Shown here one piece after another: positions 17,195-25,764 of a stretch of 27,214 nucleotides of DNA. The stretch is from Candidatus Methylomirabilia bacterium (GTDB lineage: Bacteria; Methylomirabilota; Methylomirabilia; Rokubacteriales; CSP1-6). Under the pieces are notes generated by a model, which was given only the letters and a program-made list of their open reading frames with translations, did no database searches and was not told the origin of the DNA. Each line of letters opens with the position of its first letter. Positions within the stretch are counted from its first letter, which is position 1. The DNA is taken from contig JBGQEL010000053.1 of assembly GCA_041496385.1 (NCBI GenBank), positions 1-27,214 on the forward strand, given 5' to 3'. A program made the position numbers and the translations under genes.

Positions 17195-18214
17195 ATGATG
17201 GCTCGGAACGGCAGGTCCTGTCTCCCCCTCACAGTCGGTTGCCTGTTGCTGCTGGCTATTTCCGGAATCGGCGGCGTCTGCTTCGCCGCCGAGGACATGG
17301 GTCTCATCACCGGGTCGGACAAGGGCACCTACTACCAGTTCGGGCTCGATCTGCAGAAGCTCGTCAAGCCGAACGGCATCACGCTGACGGTGCATCCCTC
17401 GAAGGGCTCGGTCGAGAACATCTTCGCGGTCTACCAGCGGCCCGGGGTCCAGATGGGCATCGTGCAGTCCGACGTCCTGGCGTTCGTCGCACGCCTGCAA
17501 TCGGATCCGGTGCTCACGCGGATCGCGAAGAAGACCAGGATGGTCTTTCCGCTCTACAACGAAGAGGTGCACCTGCTCGGCCGTCGCGGCATCACGGACT
17601 TCGACGACCTGGCCGGCAAGCGGGTCGCCATCGGTCGCGAGGGCAGCGGGACCTACCTCACCGCCCGCCTGCTCTTCAAGCTGGCCGAGGTGAATCCCGC
17701 CGAGTCCGTGCTCATCGACACCGGCGAGGCGCTGGCGGAGCTCAGGGCCGGGCGCATCGACGCGATGTTCTACGTCGCCGGCTACCCGATCAAGCTGTTC
17801 AAGGAAGACGTGACCGACGCCGATCAGCTCGTGCTCATCCCGATCCTGAACAAGAGCATCGTGGAGTTCTATCCGCGGACCGAGATCCCCGCGAACGTCT
17901 ACGCCTGGCAGCCGGCGGCGGTGAACACCGTGGCCGTGAAGGCGGTGCTCGTGTCGTTCGACTTCCGGCGCAAGGACTGCGACAACGTGGGCCGGTTCGC
18001 CCAACTCCTGTCGTCGCGCCTGGACCAGCTGCAGAAGAACGGACACCCGAAGTGGAAGGCCGTCGATCTCAACTATCCGCTCCGCGGTTGGGAGCAGTAC
18101 GATTGTGTGCGCAAGGCCATCGGCAAGCCGCTGACACCGCCGGCCCCCGGCGCGGCGGCGCGGCCCGGGCTGAATCCCGTGTTCGATGCGATCAAGGGAG
18201 TGCTGGACGAGTGA
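17195..18214 (+). CDS. TAXI family TRAP transporter solute-binding protein
   Basis: Signal peptide, TGSDKGTYY, SKGSVEN, GIVQSDV, LYNEEVH, DLAGKRVAIGREGSGT. GGAGGG site at 17181 and TTGACA at 17125. Confidence 0.9.
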   Translation: MMARNGRSCLPLTVGCLLLLAISGIGGVCFAAEDMGLITGSDKGTYYQFGLDLQKLVKPNGITLTVHPSKGSVENIFAVYQRPGVQMGIVQSDVLAFVARLQSDPVLTRIAKKTRMVFPLYNEEVHLLGRRGITDFDDLAGKRVAIGREGSGTYLTARLLFKLAEVNPAESVLIDTGEALAELRAGRIDAMFYVAGYPIKLFKEDVTDADQLVLIPILNKSIVEFYPRTEIPANVYAWQPAAVNTVAVKAVLVSFDFRRKDCDNVGRFAQLLSSRLDQLQKNGHPKWKAVDLNYPLRGWEQYDCVRKAIGKPLTPPAPGAAARPGLNPVFDAIKGVLDE

Positions 18215-18951
18215 CGGTCTGGCGGGTGTTGAAGCTCGGCGCCGGGACGGTCGCGGTCATCCTGCTCGCGGTGGCGGTGCCCGTCCTGCAGCCGCTCCTG
18301 TGGCCGCCGGATCCCGACGCCTCGCTCGTGCTCGAGAACGGCAAGCTCACCGGTGAGACCGTGGGCTACCTGTGGCAGGTGGATACCGATGCGCGGACCG
18401 TCCGCGTGTCCTCGAGCCTGCTCGGCCTGCGCGCCGTGTCGCTCGAGGTGACCGACGAGACGAAGATCCTGATCCACGACAAGCAGGGCGGATTCCGCGA
18501 CCTCTGGAAAGACATGCTCGTGCGGGCGTCCTACGAGGTCCGCGGCGCCGCCCACGTGGCGAAATCCATCGAGCTGGTCGACAGCGCGGTCGGATCGCGG
18601 GCGCCCGTCACCGATGTCGGGACCGCGCCGCAGCCCGAGCGCGCCCCGTCCCGCGTGCCCATCACCGTCACCGCGCCACCGAGCGTCCCGGTCCCCGAGC
18701 CCGCGCGGCCCGAGGCGCCGGCGCCGCGCGCGGCCGCCAGCCCGGTCACGAAGCCGGTGGCGGATCTCCGCCCCGGCTCGCCCGCCGCGGAGCGTCCCGT
18801 CCCCCGCGTCCCGTCGGCCCCGGGCGTCGCGCGCGAGCCCCTCGGCAGCCCCGCCGTCGTGACTCCGCCGAGAGGAGCTTCGGGAGAGGGCGACACGCTG
18901 GACGGCTCAGCGGCGATCGACTGGCTTCTGAAGGAATCGAGACGGCCGTAG
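18211..18951 (+). CDS. Membrane-anchored DUF5666-like protein with Pro-rich tail; paralog of 5617-6423
   Basis: GTGA overlap with the TAXI stop and AAGGGAG ribosome site. 77/116 identical residues to the N-module of the SPOR protein (hand alignment). Confidence 0.8.
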   Translation: MTVWRVLKLGAGTVAVILLAVAVPVLQPLLWPPDPDASLVLENGKLTGETVGYLWQVDTDARTVRVSSSLLGLRAVSLEVTDETKILIHDKQGGFRDLWKDMLVRASYEVRGAAHVAKSIELVDSAVGSRAPVTDVGTAPQPERAPSRVPITVTAPPSVPVPEPARPEAPAPRAAASPVTKPVADLRPGSPAAERPVPRVPSAPGVAREPLGSPAVVTPPRGASGEGDTLDGSAAIDWLLKESRRP

Positions 18952-18970
18952 CTCCCCGCGACGGGGGCCG

Positions 18971-19930
18971 TCACCTCTCTCGATAGACGACCAGGCGGTC
19001 GGTGCCGGACTCCGGGGCCCAGACCTCGCCCGGCCGGCCGAGGATCTGGCGCACGTTGGCCCCGCGGCGATCGCTCGCGAAGACTTCGAACTTCTCCGTC
19101 CGGGGGTCGAAGCGCACCATGGCGTTGGCGCCCCAGTCAGACAGCCAGACCATGTCCTTGTCGTCCACGTAGACGGCGTAGACGCGCGGGCGGTCGCCGG
19201 GCAGCTTCCACGTCTTCCAGGTGCCGGTCGGCGGGTCGTAGCGGCTGACGTTCCCCGAGCTCCATTCGCTGACCCAGATCCGGCCCTTCGAGTCCGACCA
19301 CACGCGACGCGCGCCCTGATCACGGGTCGGCGGTTCGATGATCGTGGCGGTGCCGGTGTCGAGGTCGACGCGCGCGATGTGATTGCCGGCGAGTGAGGCG
19401 TAGTAGACCGCGCCGTCCGGCGTCGTCGCGATGCCATACGGCCCGCGGCCCCGCGGCGCGTCCCAGACGCGCAGGCCGCCGGTGCTCGGGTCGAGACGGC
19501 CGTAGACGCCGTTCTGGCCGGTGAACCAGACGCGACCGCGCTTGTCGAAGGTGAGGGTGTTGAGGTTCACGTAGCCGCGCGCCTCGGGCAGCGGCCAGCG
19601 CTTCACCTCGCGGGTCTTCGGGTCCACGCGGACGATCGAGTTCGTGCCGCCCTCGGTGACCCACGGCGCGCCGTCGGGGCCGACGACCACGCCGTGCGGT
19701 GCCGCACCGGGGCCCAGCGCGACGAGCTCGACCTTGCCCGTCGCCGGATCGAGCCGGCCGAGCTGGCCCGAGCGCTGCGCCGTGTACCAGACGATGCCGT
19801 CGGCGCCGACGGCGACGTCGTGTGGACCGCCGCCCTTGGGCAACTCGTAGGCCTGCACGGTGACCTCGGCATGTCCCGCGGCCGGCGCCAGGGCCAGGGT
19901 GAGGGCGACGGCGAGCAACGTGTGGCGCAT
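18971..19930 (-). CDS. Exported Vgb (virginiamycin B lyase)-like beta-propeller protein
   Basis: Signal peptide ending GHA. Repeated P(H/Y)..GPDG..W(Y/F)T...G.L.P.TG blades. Confidence 0.88.
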   Translation of the reverse strand: MRHTLLAVALTLALAPAAGHAEVTVQAYELPKGGGPHDVAVGADGIVWYTAQRSGQLGRLDPATGKVELVALGPGAAPHGVVVGPDGAPWVTEGGTNSIVRVDPKTREVKRWPLPEARGYVNLNTLTFDKRGRVWFTGQNGVYGRLDPSTGGLRVWDAPRGRGPYGIATTPDGAVYYASLAGNHIARVDLDTGTATIIEPPTRDQGARRVWSDSKGRIWVSEWSSGNVSRYDPPTGTWKTWKLPGDRPRVYAVYVDDKDMVWLSDWGANAMVRFDPRTEKFEVFASDRRGANVRQILGRPGEVWAPESGTDRLVVYRER

Positions 19931-19934
19931 GGCC

Positions 19935-20486
19935 TTAGTCAGTACTGAATTCGCGCGCGGAGCGCGCGAGGTGACCGACCAGCGCGGCCATGAGGTTCTC
20001 GGTCTCCTGGTCGAAGGCGGTCACCGCGCCGGCATCGTTCACGGCGTTGATCAGCTGGAGAACACCGAAGACGCCGCCCCGCGCGTCCCGCAGCGGCATG
20101 GCCAGCATCGACCGCGTCCGATAGCCGTTCTTGGTGTCCGCCAGGCGGTCGAACTCGTAGGGCCGCTCGAGCGGGATCTCGTAGACGTCCGGGATGTTGA
20201 CGCGCCCGCGCGTGAGCGCGACGTAGCCCGCGACGCTCGGCTCCCGGAGCCCCAGCGGCTGTCCCGTCAGGCGGCGCTGGAGCTCGGCCTCGCCGAGCCT
20301 CCGTGCCAGCGGGTCGTTCTGCACCACCGCGAAGTGGAGCTCGTCCCCCTTCCGGAGGTAGACCGTGCCGGCCTCGGCGCGGGTGAGGCGCCGCGCTTCG
20401 GTGAGCAGCAGGGTGAGCGCGCGCTGCGGGTCGGCCTCCGCCGCGAGCGTTCTGCCGATCTGGTCCACCTCGTCCCGCTTCTGCAT
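19935..20486 (-). CDS. Stand-alone GAF domain protein
   Basis: AEAGTVYL, SVAGYVALT...VNIPDVY, GYRTRSMLAMPL, GVLQLINA...F. Confidence 0.88.
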   Translation of the reverse strand: MQKRDEVDQIGRTLAAEADPQRALTLLLTEARRLTRAEAGTVYLRKGDELHFAVVQNDPLARRLGEAELQRRLTGQPLGLREPSVAGYVALTRGRVNIPDVYEIPLERPYEFDRLADTKNGYRTRSMLAMPLRDARGGVFGVLQLINAVNDAGAVTAFDQETENLMAALVGHLARSAREFSTD

Positions 20487-20628
20487 TCGCGTCGGCCGCC
20501 CGGCGCCCGGGCGCCCCCGGCGGCCTTGTCTCCTCCCGGCTCAGACCGCAGTATAGCCGCCGCCGGCGGCCGCCGGATGTTCTTGAATCCGCCCCGCGGA
20601 GCGCCGATACTTGACGCCGGAACGCCCG

Positions 20629-20985
20629 ATGGCACGCATCCTGGTGATCGACGACGACGCCGCGGTCCGCGAGCTGCTGCGCGAGAAGCTCGCACTGGAG
20701 GGCCACGAGGTGCTGGTCGCGGCGGAGGGCCTCGAGGGCCTGCGGCTCCACCGCGAGCACCTGCCGAAGGTCGTCATCACCGACATCATCATGCCCGGCC
20801 GGTCCGGCATCGAGCTGGTCTTCGAGATCCGCCAGCAGAACCCCGAGGTCAAGATCATCACCATCTCGGGGATAGTCCCGCAGCAGTTTCTGGACGCCGG
20901 GAGCGAGGTCGGCGTGAGCCGCGCCTTCACGAAGCCTTTCGACGTCAACGAGATCGCCCGGGCCGTCCGGGACCTGGCCCGCTGA
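20629..20985 (+). CDS. Single-domain response regulator (receiver)
   Basis: ILVIDDD, TDIIMP (phospho-Asp), ISG, KPF. Upstream TTGAAT-N17-GATACT. Confidence 0.93.
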   Translation: MARILVIDDDAAVRELLREKLALEGHEVLVAAEGLEGLRLHREHLPKVVITDIIMPGRSGIELVFEIRQQNPEVKIITISGIVPQQFLDAGSEVGVSRAFTKPFDVNEIARAVRDLAR

Positions 20986-21134
20986 ACCGTCCCCGGTTGA
21001 TGTTGGATCCTCTTCCGTCACGTCCTGTCCAACTGCCTTCGGCGACGGCCTCCGTGACGCGCTCGATCCTCGACTCAAGTAATTCCGGCTCCGCCCTCGA
21101 CCCAGAGAGAACCCCGAACGAAGGGAGGCTGCAG

Positions 21135-22334
21135 ATGACGACCGCGGCGATTCGAGGGCTCACCGGAGCTCTGGTTGCGTGCCTCGTGCTCGGCGCCGGC
21201 CCCGCATGGGCGCATCTCAGGCCGAACAACGAGGTGCTGGTCGGCGGCGCGATCTCGATGACCGGGCAGTACGCCGAGCCCGCCGGCCGCCAGGCCAACT
21301 CGATCAGGCTGTGGGTCGACGAGGTCAACGCGCGCGGCGGCCTCCTGGGTCACCGGATCAACCTGCAGCTGCTCGACGACAAGTCCGACACCCAGACGGC
21401 CATCAAGCTCTACGAGAAGCTCATCACCGAAGACAAGGTCGACCTCGTGCTCGGCCCGTACTCGAGCGGCATCACCGAGGCCGTCGCCAACGTCACCGAG
21501 CGTTACAAGATGCCCTTCATCGCGTACGGGGCATCGTCGACACCGATCTGGGAGAAGGGCCGCAAGTACATCTTCAACATCGTCGCGCCGGCCGAGTCGT
21601 TCCAGAAGGGCGCCGTCCACCTGGCCAAGCAGATCGGCGTGACGAAGGCCGCCGTCATCGGCCAGGACAGCCTCTTCCCCCGCCAGTCGGGCAAGGGCGC
21701 CAAGGACTGGGCGCAGAAGCTCGGCATCGCCATCGTGCTCGAGGAGAACTATCCGGCCAAGCAGATGGACTTCACCGCGCTCCTCCAGAAGATCAAGGCC
21801 TCCGGCGCCGAGGCGGTGTTCTCCAACAGCTACTTCGCCGACGCCGCGGCGCAGCTCCGGCAGATGCGCGAGCAGAACGTCAACTTCAAGCTCTTCGCGA
21901 GTACCGTGGGCCCGGCGCTGCCCAACTTCCCCGAGCAACTCGGATCCACCGCCGAGTACGTCATCGGCTTCAGCCTGTGGGAACCGCTGCCGCACATCCT
22001 CAAGTACGCGGGCATGAAGGAGTTCATCGAGGCGTACGAGAAGCGCTACCACGAGAAGCCCAACTACCACGCGGGCGGCGCCTACGGCGCGCTGCAGGCC
22101 ACCGAGGCCGCGATCAAGAAGGCGGGCGCCTTCGACGGGGAGAAGCTCCGCGACGCGCTGGCCACGATCGACGTGGACACGATGTTCGGTCACTACAAGG
22201 TCGACGCGCGCGGGATGAACTCCCACGAGGGCCTGTCGTTCCAGATCCTCAAGGGGCAGCGTCGCGTCGTGTGGCCGGAGAAATTCGCGGAAGCCAAGCC
22301 GGAGCTGCCGATGCCGGAGTGGAGCAAGCGGTAG
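21135..22334 (+). CDS. Branched-chain amino acid-type ABC transporter substrate-binding protein (LivK family)
   Basis: AAGGGAGG ribosome site, signal peptide ending AWA, SMTGQYA, NARGGLLG, DDKSD, LGPYSSG, DFTALL. Confidence 0.93.
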   Translation: MTTAAIRGLTGALVACLVLGAGPAWAHLRPNNEVLVGGAISMTGQYAEPAGRQANSIRLWVDEVNARGGLLGHRINLQLLDDKSDTQTAIKLYEKLITEDKVDLVLGPYSSGITEAVANVTERYKMPFIAYGASSTPIWEKGRKYIFNIVAPAESFQKGAVHLAKQIGVTKAAVIGQDSLFPRQSGKGAKDWAQKLGIAIVLEENYPAKQMDFTALLQKIKASGAEAVFSNSYFADAAAQLRQMREQNVNFKLFASTVGPALPNFPEQLGSTAEYVIGFSLWEPLPHILKYAGMKEFIEAYEKRYHEKPNYHAGGAYGALQATEAAIKKAGAFDGEKLRDALATIDVDTMFGHYKVDARGMNSHEGLSFQILKGQRRVVWPEKFAEAKPELPMPEWSKR

Positions 22335-23311
22335 ACTCGAGCCGGCGCCTCTACCTTCTGGCGTCGTTCCTCGTGTGCGCCTATGCCCTGCCGTTCGTCG
22401 TCGGCGCCTGGGCGGGCACCGTCCGGCTCGACGAGCGGTGGCTGGCGAACCTGGCCACCGTCGTCGTCGGCGGTCTCATGCAGGGCGGCGTCTATGCCAT
22501 GTTCGCGGTGGGGCTCACGCTGATCTTCGGCGTGATGCGCATCATCAACGCCGCGCACGGCGAGATGGTGATGATGGGCGCCTACCTCACGTGGGTCTGC
22601 TTCTTCTACCTGCGCATCGATCCGCTCCTGTCCATGGTCCTGACGCTGCCCGTCGCCTTCCTCATCGGGCTGGCGGTGCAGAAGCTCCTGCTCGACGCCG
22701 TCGTCGGACAGCCCGAGCTGACGGCGCTCCTGATCACCTTCGGGCTCGGTCTGGTGATGATCTACACCACGGAGCTGATCTTCACCACGGACTTCCGCAC
22801 GATTCCCTACGCCCCGGGCACGCTCCAGCTCACCCCCAGCATCGCCGTCGGCCAGAACCGGGTCATCAGCTTCGTGATGGCGGTGGTCATCACGACCGCC
22901 GTCTACGTGTTCCTGAAGCGGAGCCGCCTGGGCAAGGCCGTCCGCGCCACCGCCCTGAACGCCGAGGTGGCCATGGTATGCGGGATCAACGTCCGCCGGG
23001 TGTACCTGATCACGACCGGCCTGGCGGTGGCGCTGGCCGCCGCGGGCGGGGCGCTCGTGTCCATCCAGTTCGGGTTCAACCCGGAGACCGGCGTCGTCTA
23101 CACGCTGCAAGCGTTCGCCATCATCATCCTGGGCGGACGTGGTCACTACGTGGGCGCGCTCATCGGCGGCCTCATGCTGGCGGTCCTCGAAAATCTCGTG
23201 TCGCTGATGGTCCCCAACGGCACGGCCATGGTCGAGCTGGCCGCTTACGGCTTGATGATCGGCGTGCTGCTGATCCGTCCGGGCGGGCTCATGGGTGTGA
23301 AGGAGGACTGA
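22319..23311 (+). CDS. livH: Branched-chain amino acid ABC permease (LivH family); start uncertain
   Basis: GLTLIFGVMRIINAAHGE, RLGKAVRA, GINV, IILGG. GTG 22319 overlaps the end of the binding-protein gene. Confidence 0.88.
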   Translation: MEQAVDSSRRLYLLASFLVCAYALPFVVGAWAGTVRLDERWLANLATVVVGGLMQGGVYAMFAVGLTLIFGVMRIINAAHGEMVMMGAYLTWVCFFYLRIDPLLSMVLTLPVAFLIGLAVQKLLLDAVVGQPELTALLITFGLGLVMIYTTELIFTTDFRTIPYAPGTLQLTPSIAVGQNRVISFVMAVVITTAVYVFLKRSRLGKAVRATALNAEVAMVCGINVRRVYLITTGLAVALAAAGGALVSIQFGFNPETGVVYTLQAFAIIILGGRGHYVGALIGGLMLAVLENLVSLMVPNGTAMVELAAYGLMIGVLLIRPGGLMGVKED

Positions 23312-23319
23312 GCGCCGCG

Positions 23320-24258
23320 ATGGGGCTGCGCGAGCACGTGCGGAACCTGGCGCTCCTCGCCGCCCTGGGGTTCACGCTGGCGTTTCTGCCCTCCGCGCTC
23401 AGCGTGTACCTGCGCTCGTTCGTGCTGTTCACCATGATGTACGTGGTCCTGGCGCTCTCCTGGAACATCATCAGCGGCTTCACCGGCTACACGTCGTTCG
23501 GCCACGTGGCCTTCTACGGGATCGGCGCGTACGCCTGCGCCATCCTCGTGGCCGACTACGGCTGGCACTGGCTGCCCACCCTCGGCGTCGGCGCGCTGCT
23601 GGCGGGAGTGGTCGCGGTCGCGATCGGCTATCCGGTACTGCGCCTCAAGGGCCCCTACTTCGCCATCGCCATGCTCGGGGCGGCCGAGGGTACCCGCGTC
23701 GTCGCGACGGTGTGGGACCGCCTGACCCATGGCGGGCTGGGCATCAGCCTGCCGAGCGCCGAGACCTCGATGCAGACGTACTACGCGATGCTGGTGCTGA
23801 TGGTGGTCACCATCGTGGCGGCGTACGCGATCGGGCACTCCCGGTTCGGGGTCCGTCTCAATGCCATCCGTGAGGACGAGGTAGCCGCGGACGCGCTCGG
23901 CATCAACACGACGTTCTACAAACTGGCGGCCTTCACCCTCTCGGGCGTGTTCCCGGCCGTGGCGGGCGGCATCCAGGCCTACAAGGTCCTCTACATCGAT
24001 CCGCCCTCGGTGTTCTTCGTGCAGATCACCATCGCGATGGCGCTCATGTCGATGCTCGGCGGCAAGGGCACCGTCATCGGGCCCATCGTCGGGGCCGTGA
24101 TCCTGTACACCGTCCAGGAGCTCACCTGGGTGAACTTTCCGACCGCCCACCTCATCGCGTACGGCCTGTTCATCGTGCTCGTGGCGCGCTTCATGCCACG
24201 AGGCCTCATGGGGTTCGCCATCGACCGGGGCTGGGCCCGGAAGGGGATGGTCCACTGA
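23320..24258 (+). CDS. livM: Branched-chain amino acid ABC permease (LivM family)
   Basis: SWNIISGFTGYTSFGHVAFYGIGAY, LRLKGPYFAI, AIREDE, LGGKGT, PRGL. AAGGAGG ribosome site. Confidence 0.92.
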   Translation: MGLREHVRNLALLAALGFTLAFLPSALSVYLRSFVLFTMMYVVLALSWNIISGFTGYTSFGHVAFYGIGAYACAILVADYGWHWLPTLGVGALLAGVVAVAIGYPVLRLKGPYFAIAMLGAAEGTRVVATVWDRLTHGGLGISLPSAETSMQTYYAMLVLMVVTIVAAYAIGHSRFGVRLNAIREDEVAADALGINTTFYKLAAFTLSGVFPAVAGGIQAYKVLYIDPPSVFFVQITIAMALMSMLGGKGTVIGPIVGAVILYTVQELTWVNFPTAHLIAYGLFIVLVARFMPRGLMGFAIDRGWARKGMVH

Positions 24259-25007
24259 CGGGCGCGGGCACGGACGGAATCGGCCTCGAGGTCCGCAACC
24301 TGAAAAAGGCCTTCGGCGGGGTGCGGGCGGTGGACGGCTGCAGCCTCGCCGTGCCTCGGGGGAAGATCTCCGGGCTCATCGGCCCCAACGGGTCGGGCAA
24401 GACGACGACCTTCAACCTCCTCACCGGGATCATCAGGCCGGACGAGGGCGCGGTGATCTTCGAGGGCGAGAACCTCGCCGGGCTCAAGCCCTACGAGATC
24501 TTCCGCAAGGGCATCACCCGGACCTTCCAGATCACCCGCATCTTCCGGGAAATGACGGTGCTCGAGAACATGCTCTCGGTGACGGGGCCGGGTGTGCCCG
24601 ATCGGATCGCCCGCGGGCGGGCCGAGGAGCTCATCGCCTTCGTCAATCTCACGCACCTGCGCGCGGAGTACGGCGGCCGCCTCTCCTACGGACAGCAGAA
24701 GCTCCTCGAGTTCGCTCGGGCGCTCATGACGGATCCCGACCTCATCCTCCTCGACGAGCCCGCGGCCGGCGTGAACCGGACGCTTCTGCAGCACCTGCTC
24801 GACCACATGCACCGACTTCAAGAAAAGGGCAAGACGATCCTGATCGTCGAGCACGACATGAACGTCATCATGAACCACTGCGAGCGGGTCTTCGTCATGG
24901 ACGGCGGCGTGAAGATCGCCGAGGGGCCACCCGCCGAGATCCGGCGCGACGAGCGGGTCATCGAAGCCTACTTCGGCCGCCGGCGGGCCGCGCCCGTCGC
25001 CTCCTGA
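24255..25007 (+). CDS. livG: ABC ATP-binding protein (LivG family); probable non-canonical start
   Basis: LEVRNLKKAFGG, GPNGSGKTT, RTFQ, LSYGQQK, LLDEPAAG, VEHDM, EAYFG. The first canonical start (24321) lies inside the fold. Confidence 0.88.
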   Translation: MTGAGTDGIGLEVRNLKKAFGGVRAVDGCSLAVPRGKISGLIGPNGSGKTTTFNLLTGIIRPDEGAVIFEGENLAGLKPYEIFRKGITRTFQITRIFREMTVLENMLSVTGPGVPDRIARGRAEELIAFVNLTHLRAEYGGRLSYGQQKLLEFARALMTDPDLILLDEPAAGVNRTLLQHLLDHMHRLQEKGKTILIVEHDMNVIMNHCERVFVMDGGVKIAEGPPAEIRRDERVIEAYFGRRRAAPVAS

Positions 25008-25738
25008 TGGCGCTGCTCGAGTTTCGCGACGTCGAGGCCGGCTACGGGTCGATCCAGATCCTGCACGGCGTGTCGCTCCGTGTGAACGCGGGCGAGGTGG
25101 TGGCGGTGGTCGGCCCGAACGGGGCGGGCAAGTCGACCACCTTCAAGGTGATCATGGGACTCATCACCTACCTCCGGGGCGGGATCGTGTTCGACGGGCA
25201 CAACCTGATCGGCCAGCGCCCGGACCGGATCCTCGGCCTCGGGCTCGGCTACGTTCCCCAGGGGCGCGTCGTCTTCGGCCCGATGACCGTGCGCGAGAAC
25301 CTCGAGGTGGGGGCCTACCTCGAGCGGGACAAGGCGAAGATCAAGGCGTCCATGGACTACGTCTTCGCCCTCTTCCCGCGCCTCGGCGAGCGACATCGCC
25401 AGCTCGCCGGGTCGATGAGCGGAGGAGAGCAGCAGATGCTCGCCATGGGGCGCGCCCTCATGATGCAGCCGAAGATGATGATGCTGGACGAGCCGTCGCT
25501 CGGGCTGAGCCCGCGCTTCGTCGACGACGTGTTCGACAAGATTGTCGAGCTGGTCCGCAACGGTCTCACGGTGATGCTGGTCGAGCAGAACGCGGCCCGC
25601 GCCCTCGAGATTGCCCATCGCGGGTATGTCCTGGAGCTCGGGCGCAACCGGTTCGAGGGCACGGGGCGGGAGCTGCTCGCGAACCCCGAGGTCAGGAGCA
25701 TGTATCTCGGCGGCGAGAACAGCCCCTTGCCGCTTTAG
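25007..25738 (+). CDS. livF: ABC ATP-binding protein (LivF family)
   Basis: AGYG, GPNGAGKST, VPQGR, MSGGEQQMLAMGRAL, LDEPSLGLSP, VEQN, YLGG. Confidence 0.93.
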   Translation: MALLEFRDVEAGYGSIQILHGVSLRVNAGEVVAVVGPNGAGKSTTFKVIMGLITYLRGGIVFDGHNLIGQRPDRILGLGLGYVPQGRVVFGPMTVRENLEVGAYLERDKAKIKASMDYVFALFPRLGERHRQLAGSMSGGEQQMLAMGRALMMQPKMMMLDEPSLGLSPRFVDDVFDKIVELVRNGLTVMLVEQNAARALEIAHRGYVLELGRNRFEGTGRELLANPEVRSMYLGGENSPLPL

Positions 25739-25764
25739 TTCCCCTGCGCTACCCTTCCGGCACC

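Noticed and set aside
14773..18210. 1392-aa ORF as a giant protein
   Set aside because: Arg/Gly-rich shadow frame over the molybdoenzyme and TAXI genes. Only 18211-18951 looks like real protein.
18951..18968. Terminator between convergent genes
   Set aside because: Only a 5-bp perfect stem (CCCCG-CGA-CGGGG) and no U tract, too weak to call.
18971..19930. Acquired streptogramin resistance gene vgb
   Set aside because: Has a signal peptide, host-like composition and no mobile context. Best treated as a generic Vgb-like propeller.
19860..21134. Upstream part of the 824-aa ORF, and similar long antisense ORFs (e.g. 6541-8484, 15959-18046)
   Set aside because: Stop-poor alternative frames are expected at this GC content and overlap well-supported genes.
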